Notes: generated from the sequence alone by a model not told the origin. DNA of 64,000 nucleotides from Macrostomum lignano (GCA_002269645.1 NIVC01001228.1:125080-189079), one strand, 5' to 3'. Shown: positions 13,814-28,011, counted from the stretch's first letter. Numbers and translations are program-made.

Positions 13814-15361
13814 CTTGTAGACCTGACTGTCCCGAGCCACACTCTCTAGAAAGCTAATGTCGATGGGCGAGACTGGAAAGGCCGGCGGATTGTCGTTTTC
13901 ATCCTGGATGCTGACGTAGACTGTAGCGGAACTGCTGAGCGACGGCGTGCCAGCGTCGCTGCACTCAATCGACACGGTATACTGGCTAATTAGTTCGCGA
14001 TCAAACGATCTATTAGCGTACAAATTGTAGATTTTATTATCCCTATTGTTCAGCTTGACCTCCAGGTAGAAAACTTGTCGCAGCTCGGATGGTCCAACCT
14101 GGCAGGTGACCGCCCCGTTGAGTCCGGGATCCCGATCGGAGACGTCCAGGGTGTGGATAAACAAAGGCACCGGGTTATTTTCAATGACGGATTTGTACTG
14201 ATTGTCCAGATTGATTCTCGGACGGTTGTCATTGGCGTCTAGCACGTTGACGGTGACTGTGGCGGTGACGCTGAAGGCCGGCTTGCCATTGTCTATGGCC
14301 GCAACCAGTAGCAAGTGCTGGCTAGCGGTCTCGTAGTCAAGTCCGTTGACGCGTCTCAAAGTGACCTCGCCGATAGAGTTGACGGCGAACAGCGGGTCGT
14401 CTCGGAGAAGCCGGTAGTGCACCAGGCCGAAGTCGCTGTCGGCGTCAGTGGCCGAGAGTCGCAGCAGCAGAGCTGGCGGGTTGGCCTCGGACGCGTTCAC
14501 GACAAAGACCTGACTAGGCGACCAGACTGGCGAGTTGTCGTTGTGATCGTGCACCCGCACGGTCAGGGTTGCAGTGGCCGTTGCACCGCCAAGTCTGCTG
14601 GACGCAGCGATGCAGAACCGGTAGCGGGACACGGTCTCCTTGTCCAGATGGCGCATCAGCTGCAGCTCATATTCAGGAGGTCCCACGAATGAGGCGGTGG
14701 AAGACTGCTTCCTGACCAGCGAAAATGTCTTGTCGTATGCCGGACCGCCCGGTGAACACGGCGTCAAGCTGTAGACCAGCTGGCAGGTGGCGTGGCCGCC
14801 CTGATCCAAGTCCACAGCTCGCGGCAGCGGGATGGCGTGGCCCAGAGGACTATTCTCCCAGATCTCAGCCTCGGAAAGAGACCGGTCAAATTTCGGCGGC
14901 GAATTATCAATGTCGAGCACATCGATCAGCAGCTCTAGAATGAGCAGCTCGGCCGGGTTGTCCGAATCCCTGATCTGGACCAGGCCGGATATCTGGCACG
15001 AGTCGGCCGGGTCCGAGTCGGAACAAGCCAGCGTCGAGATAGACGGAGGGCACAGCAGTTCGCGTCTCAGCTGAGACACCAACCGCAGTTCACCTGTTGA
15101 CCTGTCCAGCGACAGACTTCTGGCCGCCATCGGGGGCTTCCTGACGATCAAATTGTATGAGATGGCGGACCACTGAGGCAGTCGGTTCAGCTGTGTCAAT
15201 CGGGTCGACAGATTTTCGATGTCGATCGGCAGTCGCGAGTTCGATTCATCCGAAGTCTCCCTAACGTTGAGCTGCAGTCTGAATGGATCGGTTTGAACTG
15301 ATCTGGCGGTTGCTAGTAGCAACCAAATTAGGATTTGATGGTGTAGCGATGCTGGCGGCAT
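13814..15361 (-). CDS. Protocadherin coding exon 1 (signal peptide, EC1-EC4, start of EC5)
   Basis: Signal-peptide-like N-terminus; EC1 has the protocadherin RRELLC..C..C motif; repeated DxNDNxP, DxD and DRE/DYE motifs. Ends at AAG|GTAAGT (phase 0); 1548 nt = 516 codons. A 5'UTR acceptor (ttcAG) lies at 15392-15393. Confidence 0.93.
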
Positions 15362-15424
15362 GACTAGGGAGACTGGCGTTGCCCCTGGTTACTGAAATTA
15401 TGATGGGAAGACTGCTTATGCGGG

Positions 15425-15670
15425 ATATTTCTCACTGAGATTATCGAGAGATTCTCACTGAGATTATGAATAGATTCTCACTGAGATGATCGAGAGATTC
15501 TCACCGAGATTCTCACTGAGATTATCAAGAGATTCTCACCGAGATTCTCACTGAGATTATCAAAAGATTCTCACTAAGATTATCAAGAGATTCTCACTGA
15601 GATTATCAAGAGATTCTCACTGAGATTATCAAGAGATTCTCACTGAGATTATCACCGAGATTCATTTAGA
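15425..15670. repeat. 23-bp repeat GATTCTCACTGAGATTATCAAGA
   Basis: Visible array. Confidence 0.9.
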
Positions 15671-16284
15671 GATAAATGTGACACAGGAAAACACTAGTGG
15701 GTCTATTTTATACCCCATAGTCAGTCACGAGAAGATCCCAGCAGTGAAACTCAACCCTAATTACTTATCCAAAAATATTGCTAGTTTAGTAGATTTGGTA
15801 GATTTGCCCCGGACAAGCGCAGCCTAATGACCCGACCAGCATGAATATAATAAATATGCATACAAGGTTAGAGAACACTTATTATATTACCTCCAATCGG
15901 ATTACTATTGAAGTGAGCATCAGTGAGACGCAGGGTTTGCTCCACAATTCCACTTGACCGAACTTGACGAAGGGGCTGAGCCCGCGGATAAATATATTGG
16001 GGATTAATTCAGATGTTATCTCATTCCATCTTACAGTCAATCATGTAGCTGAAAGCTTTCAAGGTATCCGATGACCTTAAACACCTTTATGGCATCATTA
16101 CTTGCCTCCGTTAAGATATTTGCAGTTCTGCAGATATGATAAATATTTGGATATGAATATAATTGTATTGCATTGAGTCACGGCTGTAGACTGAGAGTTC
16201 ATTTGAGCTAATCATATTATAGATGAAGTTTTTGATAAATAGATCGCAACTGATGCGCTGGAATGCCTCATTCGAGACAGGGAA

Positions 16285-16690
16285 TAGTCACTCCATTCTC
16301 ACTCAATCAGTCACTCTATTCTCACTCAATCAGTCACTCTATTCTCACTCATTCAGTCACTCTATTCTCACTCATTCAGTCACTCCATTCTCACTCAATC
16401 AGTCACTCTATTCTCATGCTCATTCAGTCACTCTATTCTCACTCATTCAGTCACTCTATTCTCATGCTCATTCAGTCACTCTATTCTCACTCAATCAGTC
16501 ACTCTATTCTCATTCATTCAGTCCCTCTATTATCACTCATTCAGTCACTCTATTCTCACTCATTCAGTCACTCTATTCTCATGCTCATTCAGTCACTCTA
16601 TTCTCATGCTCATTCAGTCACTCTATTCTCACTCATTCAGTCACTCTATTTTCACCAATTCAGTCACTCTATTCTCACTCATTCAGTCAC
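16285..16690. repeat. 23-bp repeat CAGTCACTCTATTCTCACTCATT
   Basis: Visible array. Confidence 0.93.
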
Positions 16691-17139
16691 ATTTTTATCC
16701 CTCACAGCTGGTTTGGATGAAGCTTCAGTAGATTTGAAGGAGGCTGGAGATGCTGGTGGGTTTATCCAGATCAGCTCTGACCCAAATTCAAGACTCATCT
16801 CAATTTCCTATCGCCTCCAATTTTTTTGACTCTCAAAGGCGGCGGTCACAAAGAGATGCAGATCCGCCCCAGCCTCCGGGTTTTTTCGAATTTTGGAAAA
16901 CTGGCATGATTGGGGGGGATACGAGCTTGAAAAAGCCTGTCCGAGATCTGGGCGAAAAAAAATAATTTTCGAATAATAATTATTCGATACGAAAACTATG
17001 AATAATTAGCCGCCTTGGAGGTTGGCATCGAAAGACTTTTTTGCGATTTCCAGAGCTGAACTTTTCCTGCATCTTTTAAAGTGATTCATGTAGTGACAAA
17101 GCCTTTAAAATCCTCAATTATGGCGGATTCTGGCGCCTG

Positions 17140-17570
17140 ATGGACTCAAATGTGGCGCCTTCTCCCAAGGACTCAAATGTGGCGCCTTCTCCCAAGGACT
17201 CAAATGTGGCGCCTTTTCCCAAGGACTCAAATATAGCGCCTTCTCCCAAGGACTCAAATGTTGTGCCTTCTCCCAAGGACTCAAATTTGCAGGCGCCTTC
17301 TCCCAAGGACTCAAATATAGCGCCTTCTTCCGAGGACTCAAATGTTGTACCTTCTCCCAAAGACTCAAATTTGCAGGCGCCTTCTCCCAAGGACTCAAAT
17401 GTGGCGCCTTCTCCCAAGGACTCAAATTTGCAGGCGCCTTCTCCCAAGGACTCAAATATAGCGCCTTCTCCCGAGGACTCAAATGTGGCGCCTTCTCCCG
17501 AGGACTCAAATGTGGCGCCTTCTCCCAAGGACTCAAATGTGGCGCCTTCTCCCGAGGACTCAAACGTGAC
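17140..17570. repeat. 27/30-bp repeat AAGGACTCAAATGTGGCGCCTTCTCCC
   Basis: Visible array. Confidence 0.93.
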
Positions 17571-18364
17571 GTATTCACATAACCTCTTGCTTAGAAGAAA
17601 AAAATTGAAACAAACATTCTCGAATTATATAAAAATTCGCATAGACGACAGAACCGCTAAAATACGTGTTTGGAATGGCAATGCTCTCAATGAATGCTAA
17701 CGATATGTAAATATTTCTCTTCTGATGAGATAAGAGAAAAAAGCCACAATATTTTGTTATAATTCGGCTTTATCTTGTCCTGACCACGCTCGAACCGACT
17801 TGAACTCCAACCCAAGCCGGGAAGAACCAACTGCTGGTATAGCCATCCTTCAGGCACATAAGAGGATGCTTCACTTTTTGAATGATGCCTAAAGATTTAT
17901 GGAAAGTCAGATGAGTGCCAGCTCTGATCCCAAAAGTCTCCAATCCAGATCTACGTTCGAAATCTCCTTGATCTTGAATTCTCAGACAGCGGAGAGAACG
18001 GAGAAACAAAAATCGAGTTGGTCACTTGCTGCAGCCAAGTTCGTGCAGATCTTGGCGCTTTTCTTATTTCAGAAATTTCTTGTCCTGGCATATATGGGAT
18101 ATTGGTTGCCGATCGAGAGGCGAGTTCTGCGCAACTCATTGATCAGTTGAGAGGGAAGAATTATAGAAGAGAATGAAATCTTCATCGAGAGGGATATCTG
18201 CATCGGGTATCTGCATATCGATAAATGTCCAGCGATCATTATTCGACAAGATGGGCTCATCGGATATAATCTAACTTAATTCCGTTCAGATCGGATTTGC
18301 CGCGAGCGGAACCTTTGATAGAAAATCATGGGCTGCATTTTGCTGCGATATTGATGAGGGACAG

Positions 18365-19350
18365 GCTCCACTAAAGAATCAGGGAGGGTATAGCGGCACC
18401 CACTGAAGAATCAGGGAGGGTATAGCGGCACACACTGAAGAATCAGGGAGGGTATAGCGGCACCCACTGAAGAATCAGGGAGGGTATAGCGGCACACACT
18501 GAAGAATCAGGGAGGGTATAGCGGCATACACTGAAGAATCAGGGAGGGTATAGCGGCACACACTGAAGAATCAGGGAGGGTATAGCGGCACACACTGAAG
18601 AATCAGGGAGGGTATAGCGGCACACACTGAAGAATCAGGGAGGATATAGCGGCACACACTGAAGAATCAGGGAGGGTATAGCGGCACACACTGAAGAATC
18701 AGGGAGGGTATAGCGGCACCCACTGAAGAATCAGGGAGGGTATAGCGGCACACACTGAAGAATCAGGGAGGGTATAGCGGCATACACTGAAGAATCAGGG
18801 AGGGTATAGCGGCACACACTAAAGAATCAGGGAGGGTATAGCGGCACACACTGAAGAATCAGGGAGGGTATAGCGGCACACACTGAAGAATCAGGGAGGG
18901 TATAGCGGCATACACTGAAGAATCAGGGAGGGTATAGCGGCACACACTGAAGAATCAGGGAGGGTATAGCGGCACACACTGAAGAATCAGGGAGGGTATA
19001 GCGGCATACACTGAAGAATCAGGGAGGATATAGCGGCACACACTGAAGAATCAGGGAGGGTATAGCGGCACACACTGAAGAATCAGGGAGGGTATAGCGG
19101 CACACACTGAAGAATCAGGGAGGATAAAGCGGCACCCACTGAAGAATCAGGGAGGGTATAGCGGCACACACTGAAGAATCAGGGAGGGTATAGCGGCACA
19201 CACTGAAGAATCAGGGAGGGTATAGCGGCACACACTGAAGAATCAGGGAGGGTATAGCGGCACACACTGAAGAATCAGGGAGGGTATAGCGGCACCCACT
19301 GAAGAATCAGGGAGGGTATAGCGGCAGGCACTGAAGAATCAGGGAGGGTA
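18365..19350. repeat. 32-bp repeat CTGAAGAATCAGGGAGGGTATAGCGGCACACA
   Basis: Highly homogeneous array of about 30 units. Confidence 0.96.
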
Positions 19351-20136
19351 ACAATGTGAATTGGGCCTTCCAATTTAAAAGCTTGAGTTTAAAAATGAGC
19401 TTTGAAGAAGTTTGGGCGGTGCGCGAAGCTATTGAACTGGACTGACTTGGAGTTTGACTGACTCAACAGTCCAGGCTGGTTGGCTGACTGACTGACTGGC
19501 TTAAGTGGATTTCGTTCAGAAATTCTTACAGGTTCCTACAGGTCGCTAGCCGCCACCCCCCTCCCCAGCTTCCAAGTCCCCAACTAACTGCATCTTCAAG
19601 CGAGGAGGGCCGGGGGGGGGCACTTCAAACCTAAAAAGCTGCTTTGCTTCTTGCTGCTTTCCGTCATGACTCGTGAGATGAGTTGGAGAGCTCAGCCAAC
19701 CAACCCAGCCGTGCACACACACACATACATACATACATATGACATTGCAATCCAGAACACTCCTAGAGGTACCTTCCAGCAGTTTGTTCCAAAGCTTTGC
19801 TGAGTTTGGAATAAGCGATGAGAGAGGCAGTAAGGAGAGGTTATGCCCGCTAGAGCCGCTAAACTATAATATTAGTTGAAGATTTCTGAATAAATATTTT
19901 ATTGCTCCAAGGAGCAGAGGAGGCTGTTAGAAGTGGCTGCACGCCTCCCTTCCCGGGAGCCAGCAAAATTATGAAATTCATATAGAAAAAAACGGGAAAA
20001 ACTCCAAGAGGAGAACAACCAAGCATTTCTCCCATTTTTTCTCTTTTTGTTGCCTCTGAAGACTTGCTAATTAAATAAAATTTGTTCCGCAAACTGCCTG
20101 CTGCCACCCATGCTGCTTTGACTGTTTTTGAAGAAT

Positions 20137-20203
<67 letters not shown>

Positions 20204-20554
20204 CTAGTCTACCAGAAGGAAAAGGAATAAATTTCTTGGAGTCTGCACCGCTACACTCCATCAGGGTTCTGAGTGGCGGAGACCCAGCAGCTGACTCATC
20301 GCTCACTGAGCCATTCATACCCGGCCCTCTGCCTCCCATACTCCCAGAGTCCCAACCAGAGATCTTTCTGCTTTTCTAATTGAATTTCGGCCTCCTGCCT
20401 TATTAAAGAATTTATTAATTGGCTTTGACAAAACCCTCCAACTAATAGAGAGAGGCCGGACAAGGGCCTTGTTTGCTTCTGGGAGACATGAAGGCTTTGG
20501 GATTTTGTCAGGTGAGAATATTTAAATCATCACGCTTTTTGGATTCGCTGGGAT

Positions 20555-20970
20555 CTGGGAAAGCGCGATGGCAAAGCAACTGAGAATCTGGGAGGCTGGC
20601 AGCCCAGCAACTGAGGATCTGGGAGGCTGGCAGCCCAGCAACTGAGGATGTGGGAGGCTGGCCCAGCAACTGAGGATCTGGGGGGCTGGCCTTAGCAACT
20701 GGGGATCTGGGAGGCTGGCCCAGCAACTGAGGATCTGGGATGCTGGCCCAGAGACGGGGGATCTGGGAGGCTGGCCCAGAGACGGGGGATCTGGGAGGCT
20801 GGCCCAGTAACTGGGGATCTGGGAGGCTAGTGGTCCAGCAACTGGGGATCTAGGAGGCTGGCCTTAGCAACTGAGGATCTGGGAGGCTGGCCCAGCAACT
20901 GAGGATCTGGGATGCTGGCCCAGAGACGGGGGATCTGGGAGGCTGGCCCAGAGAGGGGGATCTGGGAGGT
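20555..20970. repeat. 28-bp repeat CTGGCCCAGCAACTGAGGATCTGGGAGG
   Basis: Visible array. Confidence 0.92.
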
Positions 20971-21544
20971 TGGTCTAATTGTCACGAGAATGGATGCCAG
21001 CTGACTACCCAGTTCGCTGCGCTAAGCTCAAACATATTACATTTGCCGGAATGGCAATAGCAGAGCAAACAAAGGAATGTATCTTCTACATCAATACTGA
21101 GCAGGCCCAGCTTCCTACCAGACTCGCCCGAACGAATCCAGGGTTTTTTGTTAATTCAGCTTAGCAACACGTCACTCATTCATGGAGAGCTCCTCCTTAT
21201 ATTGCTTAGCAGTAAAAAACAGAAATTTTAGAAAATAAGCAGTAGGAAACTGCGCATCAATGCTGTTGGAAGTTCAGAGACCGTGCAAGGAGTCTAGCGG
21301 AGAGATGCTGCAGATGATGAGGCTCCACCCAAAGCACGACTCGGTTCGCCTGGCTGAATCCGTCGGTTGCAACAAAAACAAAGGAGGCTGCATGATGAAG
21401 CATTTTACGGGCCTCTTCTGTCGGAACATCGCTCCGATGCAGGGTTGCTCAGAGGATGCAATACAACATGCCGTTCGCGTCAATGTTTTGAAGAAGCCGC
21501 TTAGTGGGCCTTGAAAACCTGGGAGGTACTTTTGTACACTTACA

Positions 21545-22440
21545 GACCCTCAGTTTCTCAGAGCCCTCAGTTTCACAAAACCCTCAGTTTCACAAAACCC
21601 TCAGCTTCACAAAAACCCTCACTTTCACAAAACCCTCAGTTTCACAAAACCCTCAGCTTCACAAAACCCTCAGCTTCACAAAACTCTCAGCTTCACTAAA
21701 CCCTCAGCTTCACAAAACTCTCAGCTTCACAAAACCCTCAGCTTCACAAAAACCCTCAGCTTCACAAAACCCTCAGTTTCACAAAACCCTTAGCTTCACA
21801 AAACTCTTAGCTTCACAAAACCCTCAGTTTCACAAAACCCTTAGCTTCACAAAACCCTCAGCTTCACAAAACCCTCAGCTTCACAAAACCCCCAGCTTCA
21901 CTAAACCCTCAGTTTCAAAAAAACTTTCAGTTTCACAAAACCCTCAGCTTCACAAAAACCCTCAGTTTCACAAAACCCTCAGTTTCACAAAACCCTCAGC
22001 TTCACAAAAACCCTCAGCTTCACAAAACCCTCAGTTTCACAAAACCATCAGCTTCACAAAACCCTCAGTTTCACAAAACCCTCAGCTTCACAAAACCCTC
22101 AGCTTCACTAAACCCTCAGCTTCACAAAACTCTCAGCTTCACAAAACCCTCAGTTTCACAAAACCCTCAGCTTCACAAAACCCTCAGTTTCACAAAACCC
22201 TTAGCTTCACAAAACTCTTAGCTTCACAAAACCCTCAGTTTCACAAAACCCTCAGTTTCACAAAACCCTCAGCTTCACAAAACCCTCAGTTTCACAAAAC
22301 CCTTAGCTTCACAAAACTCTTAGCTTCACAAAACCCTCAGTTTCACAAAACCCTTAGCTTCACAAAACCCTCAGCTTCACAAAACCCTCAGCTTCACAAA
22401 ACCCTCAGCTTCACAAAACCAATAGTTTCACAAAACCGCC
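21545..22440. repeat. ~16/17-bp repeat CCCTCAG(C/T)TTCACAAAA
   Basis: Visible array; explains ORF 21504-22493. Confidence 0.94.
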
Positions 22441-24294
22441 AGCTTCTCAAAGCCCCTAATATTAAGAAAACTCAAACTACCAAGGAAAATTAACATTTCA
22501 TATATACCATAAACTTTCGATCTGATAACAATATTGACAGACTCTTCAAGGATGAACTTAATTCCTCCCCAGCTATACATTATCAAAGTGAAATGGCTTT
22601 CTATCCATAGATACTAGCATCTATTTTGATTGTCTCTTATCTCTTCAAGCCTGTCCAGATCAATCGTCTTTCGCCCGGAGCCCGCTCGCGTGTATCCGTG
22701 ACGGAATTTGCTTCAGTACTTCTTTACTTAGCATAGTATTTAGATTAAAGAGTCAATTTGAGTTAAATCGCTAAATACTAGCGTCCCTACAATGTATGTA
22801 TACAGGCACGTGTTGTACTAATTCCCAACAGCACGCCTGGATAGATGGAGGCGTGCTGTGGGGAGAGGGAAAAGGTAAGAGAGAAGCAGAGAGGGAAAGG
22901 GAGAAGAGGGAGAGAGGGAGAGATTGAGATAGGGAGAGATAGAGAGCGGGAGAGAGGGAGAGGGAGAGAGGGAGAGAGGGACAGGTCTTCGGACCGCCCT
23001 GCAGCGAAGAGAGAGGGACAGGGAGAGATAGAGAGAAGGAGAGAGGGAGAGAGAGGGGAGGAGAGGTTGTTGGATTAACGCAAACTCACCATTATGTTAT
23101 TCTATGGCCCAAAGTATGCACTAGTATAAGTGCTCGGCCGCCCCGCGATAATAAATAAAATATAATAACCTACGGCCAGAATTAAGGCAGCATTGCTTGG
23201 GCGCATCAGCCCCAAAACAGAACAGAGGGATAGATGGAGAGAGGGAAAGGAGAGACTGAGAGAGGGAGAGACTGAGAGAGGGATAGGGGGAGAGGAAGGG
23301 AGAGAGGTAGAGGGAGAAGGGGAGAGACAGAAGCACAGAGATCTGATAATAAAGCAGCTTAAACGGGCAGCATATATTATCCAGAAGAAGGCCGAAAAAT
23401 CGATAATTCTGCTGCATGACTGGCGCTGCCACAGCAAATAGCTGGCCAAATATTTCACGGGCAGGTCAGCATCGCGTGCACCAGGACCCTGCCAAGATCC
23501 AGACTCGTCTCCAGTTATATTGATTTGATTGACACGAGGGTTTATACAGGCAGAGAGGTGGCAGCAGTGGCGCACACGCAGCAGACATTTTTCAACCAAT
23601 TGAAACTAGGATCCGTGCAAGACTGATGACAAATTGGAATACAAAAAAATCTTAAGCCTATAGTGCTTCTGCGAAAGAAGAAATTAGTATGAAGAATAAA
23701 TCCGGAATCTCTATAGGCAGTCAACAAAAAGTATAGGGGTTATGGGGGCTGGAAGAGAGAGAGAGAGAGAGAAGCACAGCTGGGATTTCTGGTTGGGAAT
23801 TTGATTTGAAGAAAAAGCGAGAACTATTGAGAGAAATTTCTTCATCAACGCATGAGGATGAAGGGGAGTGGAGGCTGATGAGACAGGAGGGAAGAGCGGG
23901 TCGACTCACTCACGGGCTGTCAAAGTGCGCATTGTGATTTGGCGCGATGGAAGAAGCATTTCTGCTTGACTCGAGAATTGCTGCATGAAGGACTCCAAGA
24001 AAATGTTGGGAATATAAGATTTGAGATTAGGCACACACTGGAACTGCGAGAGGCGCTTAATAGAGAGTCCACATGCAGAGCAAACAGAGTGAAATATATT
24101 TATTAATTATTACCTATTTAGCTAACACAGTAATAAAAATAGCGATATGTATCGAAATGACAGTTTGTTAAAAAAACTTTGAAGATGGCAGGAAAGAAGA
24201 AAAAAATTCGTTTTTTGTTTTAATGAACCTAATATTTTCGATTTGAAATTATATGTTTTTATATCTCAAAATTAAGCGCTAACTCTGAATTCTC

Positions 24295-24620
24295 CAGCCC
24301 AATCTCTAATTTTGGCGCCCAATCTCTAATTTTGGCTCCTTATCTTTAATTTTGGCGCCCGATCTGTAATTTTGGCGCCCGATCTGTAATTTTGGCGCCC
24401 GATCTCTAATTCTGGCGCCCGATGTCTAATTTTGGCGCCCGATCTCTAATTTTGGCGCCCGATCTCTAATTATGGCGCCCGATGTCTAATTTTGGCGCCC
24501 GATCTCTAATTTTGGCGTCCGAGATCTCTAGTTTTGGCGTCCGATCTCTAATTTTAACGTCCGAGATCTCTAATTATGGCGCTTGATCGCTAAATTTTGG
24601 CGCCCAATCTCTAATTTCGC
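24295..24620. repeat. 20-bp repeat TAATTTTGGCGCCCGATCTC
   Basis: Visible array. Confidence 0.92.
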
Positions 24621-25289
24621 CCCTACATGTATTCCATAAAATTGGTGTCCATTTAATAAATTTGGCACCCGATCTCTATTTGTCTCCCAATCAGCATCTT
24701 AGTGTCACAAAACTAATAATGTAATACATAATATTAACTAGTGTTTAACTACAGTATCGCATTTATGCTATATGCTCTATGCTCTATATGCTCTATAAAA
24801 CTTGATTAGTAGGTGTCACAAGCCAATAAGCACATATACAAAAAGATTTGACGTACATGTACACCTTTCGTATCCAGAAGACTCAGAAAAAGAAGCCAAT
24901 TGATTCTAATACTTTATCGGGGCTGTCCACTATAAAAGAGTCTGCGCTGGCATTGCACTGCCCCGATCAAATATTGACCAAGAAAACACCCTGCCATTGG
25001 TGTTCAGCTTTGCTTCTATGCATAAATGCCCGAAGAAACTGATAAGAGGATTCGATAGTATGATTTACCTATCGCTAATAAGTATAGAGGTTTGTATAGC
25101 ATGGCATATCTGGCTTCTGTGAACGCCCCCTCCCTATATTATAGTTGCTGATAAGGTATTGTATATTTATAAGAATGCCGTAAATTGAACTGGATTCTGT
25201 GTTAAGATATTCTTTTTAAAATCAATTGGCATTTCTGAAAGACCGAGGATTCAGAAATAATAAATTCTTAATTAAAATAGATAAAATGG

Positions 25290-25870
25290 ATAGCTTCTCA
25301 TAGAGAACAGATTACCGATTCTCATAGAGAATAAATGACGATTCTTATAGAGAATAGATGATTTGCATAGAGAATAGATGGCGATTCTCATAGAGAATAA
25401 ATGACGATTCGCATAGAGAATAGATGATTTGCATAGAGAATAGATGGCGATTCTCATAGAGAATAAATGACGATTCTTATAGAGAATAGATGATTTGCAT
25501 AGAGAATAGATGGCGATTCTCATAGAGAATAAATGACGATTCGCATAGAGAATAGATGATTTGCATAGAGAATAGATGGCGATTCTCATAGAGAATAGAT
25601 AACGATTCTGACAGAGAATAAATCGCGATTCTTAAATAGAATAGATGGCGATTCTGGACTCTCATTAGAATAGAGATTGTGATTCGCATAGAGAATAGAT
25701 GGCGATTCTCAAAGAGAATAGATGCGATTCTCGTATAGAAAAGGTGCCGATTCTCAAAGAGATAAGATTGCGATTCTTATATAGAGAATAGATGGAGATT
25801 CTCATAGAGAATATAAGGTGATTCTCAATCTCATATAGAGAATAGATGGAGATTCTTATAGAGAAGTGAT
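25290..25870. repeat. ~24-bp repeat GAGAATAGATGGCGATTCTCATA
   Basis: Visible array. Confidence 0.9.
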
Positions 25871-25932
25871 TGCACTAAAGAGAATATATGCAGGAAGATT
25901 AAAACCCGGCAGGATAGATAAATAGTATCAGC

Positions 25933-28011
25933 CAAGGACTACTTAAGTATCGTTTATAGAAGGACGCTGCACTCGCGGTTCGTGTAATTTTTTTTGAAGG
26001 CCAATTTTCGCCGAAAAATACATTAACGAGATACAAAAAATTCACGATTTTCATCTTCAATGGCTTGCTCAGACTGACTACAACCCTGCTGAAAAGAAAA
26101 AACTGCTGAAACTTATCAAAAAGACCTAGTGTATTCGCTCCTCTATTGTATTTCGCCAAGTTAGTGTCCTTGACACGTTTACTTTTAAATACTTCGTATT
26201 TTTTCGAGGGTTTTCAATTCTGTAATGTTAAATGTTAAAGGTTGGAATAAAGTGTTAGTTTCTCTCAATAATCAGTAGTTTCTTTAGCATTCTATGATGA
26301 CTGCTTTCTATGTCTTTATTTTTTTGGTAAATTTAAATTAGCTATAGACATTCTATATTAAATGTTAGTCTATACCCTGGCTATGCCTGATATATAATAA
26401 TATCTAGGGCCTACTATGCTTTTTTAGCATGTTCTACAAAAATGTTGTGTAGAAAGGACCTACTGATTAGTTTATGAGTAGATCGTTATAAAGTATTATT
26501 CTTAATTTGAAGGTAGATAGATATTAGATACTTGCATATTGTATAGAAGGTACTAATTTTACTATTCTGTCAAATATCTGTAGATTAGGCTTCTTAAACG
26601 GTTCTACTGGATACAAAAGTTCTATTTTCAGACTTGTCTTGAAACTTTATATTTTATTTAAATGATAGGCCTAACAACATATTGAATTTATTTCTGCTGT
26701 TTGGAGAGCAGTTTTTTAACCTAGTCTAGTTTAATGGAACCAAGATATATTCAATACTCAGGCCTTGCATTGAATTTAAAATATAAATATTTATATATAG
26801 AAAGTGATTCTAAAGGAAAATGCGTATAATAGACTTTAGAAGACAAATTTTCAACTTTAGTAATACTATTGAAGTGATTTAGTATAGAATTGATTATATT
26901 GGCCTGTTGGGATAAAAGCAATACAGTATTGTAGCAATTTTTTTACTAGATATAATGTATAGAAGCTGTATATATTTCTTTTTGTTAGCTTCAGAATTTC
27001 TGCAATGCCAATGAAATGCTGTCTTCCAAAGTGTACAAGTAACTACAAATCTGGTGAGAAGGTGACAGTGTATAGCTTTCCAAAGGATAAAGAAGACTAC
27101 AGCATGTGGATCCGAGCTTTGCCACCAAATGTTAAGGTATGGTGCTATTGCTGCTATTGCATATTCTTGTCTTGCTTAATTCACATGCTAATGGAACATT
27201 AGTACAATATGATATAATACTTACTGTTTTAGAGTCCATCTAAATACATGGGCATTTGCCAAAAACATTGGCATTCACATTCACGTCATTGAATATGCTT
27301 ATGCTTTCATAAGTTGGTTTATGCATCTGTTGCTGCTTTCATACGTTGGTTTAAACATTTGTTGCTGCTTTCATAAGTTGGTTTCTGCATTTTACTGCTG
27401 TTGCCTACCCAATAGTTGCCACAGTTTCTATACACTATACACTATACACAGTCTTATATTTGCAGCCTTACATACATATTTGCCTTACTGTAGCTATCAA
27501 TTGAGATTAAAGTACAATGAGCTGCTGTGCAACAAGCAACCAGTTCAGTTCAACATTTTTTGTTTCCAGTCCAACAACGATACATCGATTGTTATCAGCA
27601 CTGGCATTGTGCCAGTTTCTCTGCTTTTGCTCTTTGTTATTTTATTGTTGAAAAGATCAGGGATGGCTTTTGAAAAGTACAGACTGACGGGCTTCGTTCT
27701 TTGTTAATCTCATCTCATTTTAATTGGATTACATTAGCTCAATTGTCGGAATTATCCTTTAAATATCCTAGCTTTATTGTTCTATAATAAAGAAGGGGGT
27801 AACAGTACCTTGCTGTACATTTCTCGCGAATACATGTAGTTGCAGCCGAAACTGTTCACTCATCTAAAAGAGGAATAAATTCTGAGCAACCCCGTGAAAA
27901 AACTAGACCTCTACATGCAACCATTTAAAAATAACAGCATTTTGAAAAATGGCCTTCAAAAAAATCTACACCATTCGGGAGTGCAGCGTCCTTCTACTTA
28001 AGTAGTCCTTG
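25933..28011 (+). mobile_element. Non-autonomous P-element-superfamily DNA transposon
   Basis: TIR CAAGGACTACTTAAGT, extending imperfectly to about 70 bp. Perfect 8-bp TSD GTATCAGC (25925-25932 and 28012-28019). Internal THAP-domain ORF. Confidence 0.9.
27005..27292 (+). CDS. Spliced THAP zinc-finger-only ORF inside the P-like element (27005-27136 + 27233-27292, 63 aa)
   Basis: MPMKCCLPKC...YSFPKD...WIRALPPNVK|SPSKYMGICQKHW gives the THAP C2CH, P and W signature. Intron GTATGG...ttttAG, phase 0. Confidence 0.8.

Noticed and set aside
21504-22493. 329-aa ORF
   Set aside because: Translation of a 16/17-bp satellite.
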